A stretch of DNA of 32,000 nucleotides from Pyrolobus fumarii 1A (GCF_000223395.1 NC_015931.1:1080001-1112000); one strand, 5' to 3'; shown: positions 10,003 to 17,160, counted from the stretch's first letter. Program-made: numbers and translations. Notes: generated by a model from the letters alone, not told the origin.

Positions 10003-10485
10003 CTAGGCCAACGGAGTACCACACTTCTTACAATACTTGGCATTAGGGTCGTTTAACGTACCACACCTACTACATACCCTCCCTCCGGTAGTGCCTCTAG
10101 CTTGTGCTACCGGCGATACCATAGTTTGGCTACCAGATGGAATGCTAGGAGGTTGCGGGGTGCCCCCCACAGCACCAGACATGGGAGTTACCAGTGTCTC
10201 GCCGCCTGTACCGCCTGACGGTGAGGTGGGCGGCTGCACACCTACTCCTCGGGGTTGAGGCTGGAGTGTCGGGGGTGGCGGAGGGGGCGGCGTACGTGGT
10301 ACACCAGATCCACCTGTTGCTGGCTGCACCCCACTGTTCTGCGATGGCTGGGTTCTGCCAACTACCGTCTCCACTTGCTTTCTCCCGCGCTTCTTCGTTA
10401 TCATAGGCAATACCAGTATGTACAGGAGGACTCCTAGAACGACTATGCCTATTATGATGAAGATCGCTACTAGAGCCTCTAACAT
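10003..10485 (-). CDS. Single-pass membrane protein with Pro/Ser/Thr/Gly-rich linker and C-terminal Zn ribbon
   Basis: N-terminal TM ALVAIFIIIGIVVLGVLLYILVLPMI followed by KKRGRK, so the rest is likely cytoplasmic by the positive-inside rule. Low-complexity PPPPPPP/TSPSGGTGG linker. C-terminal CSRCGTLNDPNAKYCKKCGTPL. First gene of the minus-strand operon. Confidence 0.7.
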   Translation of the reverse strand: MLEALVAIFIIIGIVVLGVLLYILVLPMITKKRGRKQVETVVGRTQPSQNSGVQPATGGSGVPRTPPPPPPPTLQPQPRGVGVQPPTSPSGGTGGETLVTPMSGAVGGTPQPPSIPSGSQTMVSPVAQARGTTGGRVCSRCGTLNDPNAKYCKKCGTPLA

Positions 10486-10520
10486 TGCCTAGCACCCAAT
10501 TTACTAATACTGTAAAGAGC

Positions 10521-10530
10521 ATATATATAA
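10521..10530. promoter_or_regulatory. Palindromic TATA-like element (ATATATATAA) in the 95-115-nt divergent intergenic region
   Basis: It lies 36-45 nt upstream of the ATG at 10485 (minus operon, giving a short leader) and 50-70 nt upstream of TTG 10580 / ATG 10601 (plus operon). It is the only strong AT-rich box in the spacer. Confidence 0.35.
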
Positions 10531-10600
10531 TGAATGTTGGAGCGTGTAGTGCTGGAGGTGGTCGGTTATACCGGGCCCTTTGACCAGGGAACTTCTAACA

Positions 10601-11221
10601 ATGTCTCCAGAGATCAATCTAGAGGTACAGATAACCTTCGATCTACGTTCCACGATCCTCTACTATGCTGCTAGGGTTACTACTCATACACTGGTGATAC
10701 TCAGATACATCATTATAATCTCCTTGATAATAACCGGGTTGAACATGCTTACGAGGCTCGACTTACTTACGTCCCTATTGTTAAAATGGCCACCCGATGT
10801 ATCGGGCATAGCCCTCCTCATCCTCAACGGGTGGATATACGCTGTTTTCGCGTATGTGATAGTTGCGGCGTTGAAAGTTGCTTTCGAGAAGCTATACCTG
10901 GATTATGTGCAGTCGAGGATAAACGAGCTTGAACGTATCATCAGTAGCTCACCCGGCGCGGTACCAGTAGCGAAGCTAGTTGAGATGCTTGGGTTGAGGA
11001 ACATCTACGAGTTTCTCGCAGCGGCAAACGCGTATCTCCTCAAGAGGGGTTCGAAGAGGGTGTACAGAATCCAGGTTGACCCCAATACTGGAACCGAATA
11101 CTTGGTGGAGAGCACGTTAAGCGGACAACCGGTGTCTCTGCCAGCTGTGCCGAGCAGCAATGATAGTAGTGAGGCCGAGACAGAGATCTTCGGCTCGTTT
11201 GGTAGTGAAGAGCAGCGCTGA
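10601..11221 (+). CDS. Membrane protein (about 3-4 TM) with C-terminal wHTH-like domain and acidic S-rich tail; paralogue of 8792..9277
   Basis: ORF track gives 10580 (TTG); the ATG at 10601 is preferred. It shares with 8792..9277 the pattern TM...A[LI]K[VI][AL]FE...helical linker...[VL].E..G[LF][RK]N[IV]...L...G......D..TG.EYL. Confidence 0.6.
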   Translation: MSPEINLEVQITFDLRSTILYYAARVTTHTLVILRYIIIISLIITGLNMLTRLDLLTSLLLKWPPDVSGIALLILNGWIYAVFAYVIVAALKVAFEKLYLDYVQSRINELERIISSSPGAVPVAKLVEMLGLRNIYEFLAAANAYLLKRGSKRVYRIQVDPNTGTEYLVESTLSGQPVSLPAVPSSNDSSEAETEIFGSFGSEEQR

Positions 11222-11241
11222 AACCATAGGGTGACAGTGAA

Positions 11242-12528
11242 ATGACCGGCTGTCGGCTTGAACAGAAGCCTGCCGAGCCTATCCAGGGTACTGCGAGCAC
11301 CTATCATGTTGTGAAGCTGCTTGGTAGCGGGGGTCAGGTGTGTGCATGGCTAGGTGTAGATAGAGCCACGGGCGAGTATGTTGTGATTCGTGTTCCTAGG
11401 CCGGATCTACCCCCGGATCTCTATCAGTTGCAGGTGAACAGGCTTAGGATAGCATACCGGATACTCTATGTGCTATATCAATATGCGTCCCAGACGAGGC
11501 TCCACATGTACTTCGAGCAGCCTCATGATTATACCGATATGGATCACACGTTCATGATGATGACTAAATATGTCGAAGGAGATGACCTCGAATCTTTCAT
11601 CGCATGCAGTGAGATGGGTATGTTATCGTCAGAATGTAAGCGGGTAGTAGGTGGTCTGCTTGATGCCGTGTACTTCATGCACCAGTTGGGCATTATACAC
11701 CGTGATATAAAGCCGAGGAACATTAGGAGTGCTCCGTGGGGTCCGGTGCTCATCGACTTTACAACTGCAAAGTACTTTTACGACGTGACTCTTGGCGACG
11801 TTTATGTTTATTCTACCGGTGGGTACACCGCCCCCGAGCAGATGGAGTACGCGATAGCCTCTCCACAAAGTGACGTCTGGAGCATGGGCGCTACCTTGCT
11901 GAGACTAGCAGCTAGGAAGGAGCCAGCAAGAATACTCCGGGGGTACCCGAAGCAGCTGCGTCGCCTAGCACCACACGACATTAAGAGGATTGCTCCGCGA
12001 GCAGAGGGGCTGGCTGAACTGATAGCGGCGGCTCTCGACCCGGACCCGTGTCTACGTCCAGCCACGCTGGACGAGGCTAGAACGCTTATCGGCGGTGGGA
12101 GCATAGAGGTGGGATTCGCGGAGGTGATCCTCCTAGGCAACAAGTATACCATAGAAGAGCGTGGTGTATGCATAGGAAGATCTAGCTCGTGTCACATCCA
12201 GATACCCCGGGATAGGGACCCAAACAACTTCATATCGGGTGTGCATGCAGTGATATTCTGGGATGAATTGAGGAAGGAGTGGATGATTCAAGATATGTGC
12301 AGCTTGAACGGGACTGCGGTGTGGAGGCCGGGTATCGACGAACACTGGGTGATAGTTTGGCCGGGAAGGAAGGTGACCGGACATATATGCATAAAGGGTC
12401 ATCCCGTTGGCGAGCCACTCCCTCTCGGCAAATCAGCACTGATATCCCTCGGTTTCGATCAAAACCTAGGACCTTACCTTATCGCAGTGTTTCGTGCTGG
12501 GCCACAAATTATATCGTCTATAGCCTAA
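11242..12528 (+). CDS. Kinase-like (possibly pseudokinase) protein fused to a canonical C-terminal FHA domain
   Basis: LGSGGQV Gly loop, HRDIKPRN, GGYTAPE and DVWSMG are present. The beta3 position reads VVIRV (Arg, not Lys), no alphaC Glu is evident, and DFG is replaced by DFT. FHA motifs: CIGRSSSCHIQI...FISGVHAVIFWD...WMIQDMCSLNGTAVW. GGTGA lies 8 nt before the ATG. Confidence 0.85.
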   Translation: MTGCRLEQKPAEPIQGTASTYHVVKLLGSGGQVCAWLGVDRATGEYVVIRVPRPDLPPDLYQLQVNRLRIAYRILYVLYQYASQTRLHMYFEQPHDYTDMDHTFMMMTKYVEGDDLESFIACSEMGMLSSECKRVVGGLLDAVYFMHQLGIIHRDIKPRNIRSAPWGPVLIDFTTAKYFYDVTLGDVYVYSTGGYTAPEQMEYAIASPQSDVWSMGATLLRLAARKEPARILRGYPKQLRRLAPHDIKRIAPRAEGLAELIAAALDPDPCLRPATLDEARTLIGGGSIEVGFAEVILLGNKYTIEERGVCIGRSSSCHIQIPRDRDPNNFISGVHAVIFWDELRKEWMIQDMCSLNGTAVWRPGIDEHWVIVWPGRKVTGHICIKGHPVGEPLPLGKSALISLGFDQNLGPYLIAVFRAGPQIISSIA

Positions 12529-13067
12529 ACGCTATGGATAACGATACTTACCCTCTCTAGCTAAGAAGTTGGTGGTAACACTTGCTCACGAGCTTATACA
12601 TCATTTATAAGCTACTAAATCGGTATTGAAGCTTGACTATATCATGCAGGGATTTGTATTTAAACTAGCATTGTATGCACGAATTGCGACGTGATGGCTC
12701 AAATAGAGCGGATGGTGCCTTATGTCTGTAGACAGCATGAGGTGGAAATGTGGAAGAAAGCCTACAGACTCGCCTTTTATTTGTGGCTTAATTGGAGTGT
12801 ACGCTCAGTAGTTTACGACATTGCTCGAAGCATTATTCATATGTAGTAGTGTAAGTTGGGTACGAGTATGACTCTAGTTTTATACCATTGGGACAATAAT
12901 GGCTGAGTGTACTTATGTACTAGCATGTACAAGCTGTGAGGATAAGAAAGCATGGGATATACGATGAAAGCTTCCTAGGACAACGATGATAGTACTGAAG
13001 GCGGCCTGTACATCATTAGCTTCTCTGTGGCGTGTATCGGGAGAGCCTAGGGAGGCTCCTCTACTAT

Positions 13068-13109
13068 GATACTCTGGGTATAATACCCTGGGTATGATAC
13101 TCTGGGTAT
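13068..13109. promoter_or_regulatory. Three perfect-register tandem 14-bp repeats (GATACTCTGGGTAT / AATACCCTGGGTAT / GATACTCTGGGTAT), each an ATAC-N5-GTAT dyad, spanning a TATA-like box
   Basis: Counted directly: 13068-13081, 13082-13095, 13096-13109. GTATAATA at 13079-13086 sits 29 nt before the TTG start at 13115, which is leaderless geometry. Confidence 0.6.
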
Positions 13110-13114
13110 GAGGA

Positions 13115-14344
13115 TTGGCGTTGAGGGTTGTAGTTGAGAGGCCGTGGCTCTCCAGGTTTCTTTTGAGTGGTGGGAGGAGGCTGTTATATGGTAGGAGGAA
13201 GACGGGGAAGACCTTCTACGCTAGGAGGGTTCTCCGCGAGTACCAGTTTTTTATCGTGCGGAGGGGCGGGGCGATATACGACCCGGTTAACGACGAGACC
13301 CTCGACGTTGCGGGTTTCCTTCGTCTCTGTAGGCTCGGCGAGCGGATAATCCTTGATGAGTTCCACCGGGCTGACCCCAGGATATTCGATGCTGTGCAGG
13401 CGGGCGTGTGTAGCGAGGAGCTTGTTTTCATCACCTCGACTCTCCACTACTACAGGAGGTTTGTGGAGGAGCCGGAGGCGCCTCTCAAGGGCCTCTTTGC
13501 CGTGCGGCGCGTTGGGCTCCTAACGCCCCTTGAACTCTTGAACACGGGTTGGGGTGGGCTGGAGGAGGAGCCCGCTAGGCTCATAGAGCATCTCGTCTTC
13601 TACCAGGAGCCCGTGTTGATAGGGAGGAGTCTCGGTGACATAGTAGCCTCGGGGATGGAGTATGCGCGTTCGCTTCTCGGCGAGGTGCTTACCGAGGAGG
13701 ACCACCGCTACACGGCTAGATTCGACGCTATACTCGAGGCTATAGCGGCGGGGCGCACCAGGCTAACCGAGATATCATCCTACCTCTACTTGAGGGGTTT
13801 GATAGAGAAGGATTCACCCAGCCACGTCACGAAATACCTGGATGTGATGGTGAGAGTCGGGCTCCTGGAGAGGCTGGAGGTTTGGGGTAGGAGGAGAGGC
13901 AGCATATACCGCCACTACTCGCCCCTAACCGACCTCGCCTACCACCTCCAGGCGAGATACGACTTCTACGAGGTGCCCGCGCCCCTCGAATACGGGGTGA
14001 GGGCCGCCAGGCAGCGCCTCCCCCTGCTCGTAGAGGTGTTCGCCGAGAGGCTACTGGCGCAGCTCTACGGGTTGAAGCCTGTGAAGATACTAGAGCCGGA
14101 GGTCGACATCGCGCTCGTGCGCTTCAAGAGGCTCGAGCTAGTCGCCGAGGTCAAGTGGGTCTCTAGACTCTCACGGGACGAGGTAAGGAGGGTAGAGGAG
14201 AAGCTCTACAGGCTAGAGGCGGAGAAGCGCATCCTCATAGTCCCGGATGAGAGCATAGTCCCCGAGACTAGCCTCGAAGTGTGGGACGCGAAGAGGATGA
14301 TAAAGGAGGCGAGAGCAGCCAAGAGCATCCTCGAGAACCTCTAG
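13115..14344 (+). CDS. Archaeal AAA+ ATPase (Arch_ATPase) with C-terminal DUF234-type wHTH/PD-(D/E)xK-like region
   Basis: Walker A is LLYGRRKTGKTF and Walker B is IILDEFH. The C-terminal LTEISSYL...VTKYLDVMVRVGLLER looks like a wHTH. EVDIALV...LVAEVKW is an E-x-D...E-x-K motif. This is the typical size and order for the family. Confidence 0.8.
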   Translation: MALRVVVERPWLSRFLLSGGRRLLYGRRKTGKTFYARRVLREYQFFIVRRGGAIYDPVNDETLDVAGFLRLCRLGERIILDEFHRADPRIFDAVQAGVCSEELVFITSTLHYYRRFVEEPEAPLKGLFAVRRVGLLTPLELLNTGWGGLEEEPARLIEHLVFYQEPVLIGRSLGDIVASGMEYARSLLGEVLTEEDHRYTARFDAILEAIAAGRTRLTEISSYLYLRGLIEKDSPSHVTKYLDVMVRVGLLERLEVWGRRRGSIYRHYSPLTDLAYHLQARYDFYEVPAPLEYGVRAARQRLPLLVEVFAERLLAQLYGLKPVKILEPEVDIALVRFKRLELVAEVKWVSRLSRDEVRRVEEKLYRLEAEKRILIVPDESIVPETSLEVWDAKRMIKEARAAKSILENL

Positions 14345-14422
14345 GTCCCCGGCGGCTTCTTGCATTAGATACGCACGGTGCGAGGCTGGTTGGGTAGCCT
14401 AGCCTTCCCCCAATCCTAGTCT

Positions 14423-15298
14423 TTAGCTCCTGGTGGTCTCCGCTAGCGCCTCTAGCGTCTCGAGTAGCCACTTCTCGGTCCTCTCGTGGGCGGCCACGTG
14501 CCTGTTCCAGTCGCGGTTTACGACGTGGACCCAGTAGGCTAGGAAGACGCCGAGCGTCAACAACGTGGCGACGATGTAGAGTATTGTTGGCCTCTCGGGT
14601 GTAGCCTCTCCCTCTAGGATCGGGGGTCTTGCGGCCGCGACGCCCTTCTCGCGGAGCACCTCGTATATCTGCTCGTAGAGCCTCCTCTCTACCCTCTCGT
14701 GCCTCGAGAGGTCGCGGCTCAGGAAGTGAAGTATGTAGAGTATCACGATGCTGAACACCAGGTATACTATAGCCCAGAGGCCCGGAGAGTGCTCCGACAA
14801 CGCGTCCCTAGCGTCATCCACCCGGTCCCTGAGCGCCGCGAGCCTAGCCCTATCCACCCCAAGCTCGGTGAACAACTCGTACACAGTCTGGTATATCCTG
14901 TCCACCCGGCGCCTATGGTCCACCTCCCTAGCGACCAGCTTGTAGACGGCATACACCGACCACAGGGCGAAGCCTACGGCAGCCGCCACAAGCCAGAACA
15001 CTAGGAGCCCAAGTAGAGCCGCAAAGCCAGCCGTAGCTTCAATCCTGACCTCCGAAGCCGCCTGGAGACGAGAGGAATGCATGTAGACGAACTCCGTCCC
15101 CGTGCCTATACTCGTCACGGCTCCCAAGACGAGCGCGAAGAGTAGAAGCCCGAGCATAACCGCGGATAGGGCCGCACCCACCACGAAGGGCAGCTCCACA
15201 AGCACAAAGGAGAACCTGGTATCGTTGCCCCTCTCCTCGATGTACTCCCTAAGCCGCGATATATACAGGCGCACAGTGTCCCTCTGCGATCCACTCAC
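14423..15298 (-). CDS. Polytopic membrane protein with three internal repeats (TM hairpin followed by Y..[VL].R[DE]..RH helix; DUF4234-like flavour)
   Basis: Repeat tails: VYAVYKLVAREVDHRRRVDRIY, ILYILHFLSRDLSRHERVERRLY, LAYWVHVVNRDWNRHVAAHERT. Each is preceded by a long hydrophobic stretch. GTG start at 15298. Confidence 0.6.
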   Translation of the reverse strand: MSGSQRDTVRLYISRLREYIEERGNDTRFSFVLVELPFVVGAALSAVMLGLLLFALVLGAVTSIGTGTEFVYMHSSRLQAASEVRIEATAGFAALLGLLVFWLVAAAVGFALWSVYAVYKLVAREVDHRRRVDRIYQTVYELFTELGVDRARLAALRDRVDDARDALSEHSPGLWAIVYLVFSIVILYILHFLSRDLSRHERVERRLYEQIYEVLREKGVAAARPPILEGEATPERPTILYIVATLLTLGVFLAYWVHVVNRDWNRHVAAHERTEKWLLETLEALAETTRS

Positions 15299-15596
15299 AG
15301 ACTAGAACACCCTCATAGACATAGCATTGACAAGGTATAGATTAAGTTGCTGACACCAATAAGGAGGATGCCACGCGGTACACCGAGCCCCTATCACCTC
15401 TCGCGCCCCGAAACCATCGACCCGGCTACCCCGCCACACCCGCGTGTGCCTAGAGGGGCACTGCCCTGGCCATCCACTCGCGTATAACCCTTCTCAGATC
15501 GTCTAGCCTGGCCACCCTGGAGCCCAGGCCGCGTAGGAGCTCCTCCACCCCATGCTCGTCTCTCACGATGACAACGCCTCTCCTTAATGCCATTCT

Positions 15597-15941
15597 TCAC
15601 GCTGGTTTCTCGACCGCTCTTCTCAGCTCCTCGGGCGTCATCGGGATAGGCTCTACCTTATCGGGGAGGACGTCCTGCACGAGCTTGTAGCGGTCGAGGG
15701 GGCGTATACCGCGAAACACCTCAGAGACTATTATGAGGTCGACGTCGCTCCACAGATTGAAGTCGCCACGCGCATAGCTACCGTGGAGCAACACAGAGAC
15801 CCTGCCAATGCGCGCCGCTAGCCTAGCGGCAGCCCCCTCAACCTCCTCGAGGATCCTAAGCCACTCTTCGAGCCTACTCCTCGGCACCCGAACATACTCC
15901 ACGAACGCACACCTCCACCGCCCCCACAACTCTCTCCGCAC
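15597..15941 (-). CDS. Minimal nucleotidyltransferase (MNT, antitoxin-type partner of HEPN); ends at an in-frame TGA that may be a nonsense mutation
   Basis: LLHGSYARGDFNLWSDVDLIIVS is the G-S...D-x-D NTase signature. The reading frame stays open for 48 more codons after the TGA (15450..15596: RMALRRGVVIVRDEHGVEELL...), which resembles the usual C-terminal helix of the family. Confidence 0.7.
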   Translation of the reverse strand: MRRELWGRWRCAFVEYVRVPRSRLEEWLRILEEVEGAAARLAARIGRVSVLLHGSYARGDFNLWSDVDLIIVSEVFRGIRPLDRYKLVQDVLPDKVEPIPMTPEELRRAVEKPA

Positions 15942-16268
15942 ACTCCAACGCCTCTATAGCGTCGCGCCTCGTGAAGCTCTCGTAGGGCGCTATCCCCGCT
16001 GCCCAGCCATCCGGGTACCTCGGCGGGATGTACAGCTTGTTCAGCATCGCGACACGCTCATAGAGAGGCTCTAGCTCTCGACAGAGGCGAGAAGCCCTCC
16101 TCCAAAACTCCAGAAGGTTACGCCCGAATTACTCGACACCAGCCCCCGCTGCAACGCCTTAAGCCCAAGCTCCGCAGCCTGATGCGACCCGAAACACACC
16201 CAGTCGTAAAAACCCTCCATCCAGATCCACCCGTATAGATGCGAGCGTTTGCCTAGCCCAAGAGTCAC
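15874..16268 (-). pseudogene. HEPN-domain gene split by a frameshift (toxin partner of the MNT)
   Basis: Frame A (16071..16268) reads ...MEGFYDWVCFGSHQAAELGLKALQRGLVSSNSG. A second frame, open over 15874..16128, reads RNLLEFWRRASRLCRELEPLYERVAMLNKLYIPPRYPDGW...YESFTRRDAIEALECAERVV, the classic HEPN C-half. The two parts overlap at 16071-16128, and the shift is most likely near 16110-16125. Confidence 0.6.
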
Positions 16269-16439
16269 ACCCCCATACTCAATGATAAGCCGTAGACTGG
16301 GTGAGGGATGGAACCATCCCCGCGACTAAAGCGACGCGGAGACAGTTTCCCCGGGGCCTTCGCGTGTTCCACTCATATCCCCGTGCTGCATGGAAACATA
16401 AAGCGATGGGTTACGCGGTATACCTAGTGGCCGTCTCTT

Positions 16440-17123
16440 ATGGCGTCGGGTACAACGAGCCGCGAGGATCTGAAACGCGCTATTCTGGAGTTGTTGAGGA
16501 GTGATTGGGAGTTTCGCCGTGCTGTTGCTGCTGAGCTTGGGCTGCTGGAGATCCTGGAGAGGCTCGTGAAGATCGAGGAGAGGCTGTTGAAGGTCGAGGA
16601 GAGGATCGAGGAGCACACCAGGGCTATAAGGGCGCTACAAGAGCAGGTCAAAGCACTTCAAGAGCAGATGGTGAAGCTCCAGGAGCAGGTGGCCGAGCAT
16701 AGCAGGGTGATTAGGAATCTCCAGGAGGAGCTCAGAAGGTTCGGGGATCGCCTCGCGGCGCTGGGCTCAAGGTGGGGCCTGTACGCCGAGGATGCTGTCC
16801 GGGAGTCCCTGTACAGGATCCTCCAGGAGTATCTCGGCGTGGCCAGGGTGGAGAAGTGGAGGGAGTACGACGAGGCGGGGGAGGTCCTCGGCAGACCGAG
16901 GATCATAGAGATCGACGTTGTCGTCAAGAACGACACCCATTACTTGATCGAAGTCAAGTCGAGTATAGACGTCTACGACGTGTACGTGTTCAACCGGAAG
17001 TGCGAGCTCTACACGAAGAGGGTGAAACCACCAAAAGTAAAGAAGCTGATGGTCACATTCTACGCCGACGATAAGGCTGTAAACGCGGCTGAAGAGCTAG
17101 GCATCGAGATAGTACGCGGATAG
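16440..17123 (+). CDS. Coiled-coil (DUF3782-like) protein with C-terminal PD-(D/E)xK nuclease-fold domain
   Basis: Heptad-rich LERLVKIEERLLKVEERIEEHTRAIRALQEQVKALQEQMVKLQEQVAEH, then ...IIEIDVVVKNDTHYLIEVKSS (D...E-x-K). This family is multi-copy in Thermoprotei and is often mis-annotated as chordopoxvirus fusion protein. Confidence 0.65.
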   Translation: MASGTTSREDLKRAILELLRSDWEFRRAVAAELGLLEILERLVKIEERLLKVEERIEEHTRAIRALQEQVKALQEQMVKLQEQVAEHSRVIRNLQEELRRFGDRLAALGSRWGLYAEDAVRESLYRILQEYLGVARVEKWREYDEAGEVLGRPRIIEIDVVVKNDTHYLIEVKSSIDVYDVYVFNRKCELYTKRVKPPKVKKLMVTFYADDKAVNAAEELGIEIVRG

Positions 17124-17160
17124 GGCTGAACAGGGCTACAGCTCCCCCACACCCTCACTC

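Noticed and set aside
9393-10522. Overlapping ORFs on both strands around the Zn-ribbon genes (9393..9871, 10037..10437, 10145..10522)
   Set aside because: They overlap the FHA and Zn-ribbon genes, which have clear domain signatures. The Pro/Gly-rich coding region stays open in several frames simply because of its composition.
12591-12846. AT-rich palindromes (12591-12613, 12724-12769) and a 50-codon ORF (12694..12846) downstream of the kinase-FHA gene
   Set aside because: Short palindromes are expected by chance in AT-rich DNA, and archaeal termination does not require hairpins. The ORF has no motif. These are kept only as border descriptors of the island.
13068-13109. Considered whether the tandem 14-bp repeats are a mini-CRISPR or other array
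   Set aside because: The units abut with no spacers, are only 14 bp and number three. No cas genes or longer repeat-spacer periodicity exist anywhere in the window.
15394-15600. ORF 15394..15600 (MKNGIKERRCHRERR...)
   Set aside because: It is Arg/Gly-rich nonsense in the wrong frame. The frame continuous with the MNT gene (15450..15596) gives a far more protein-like sequence.
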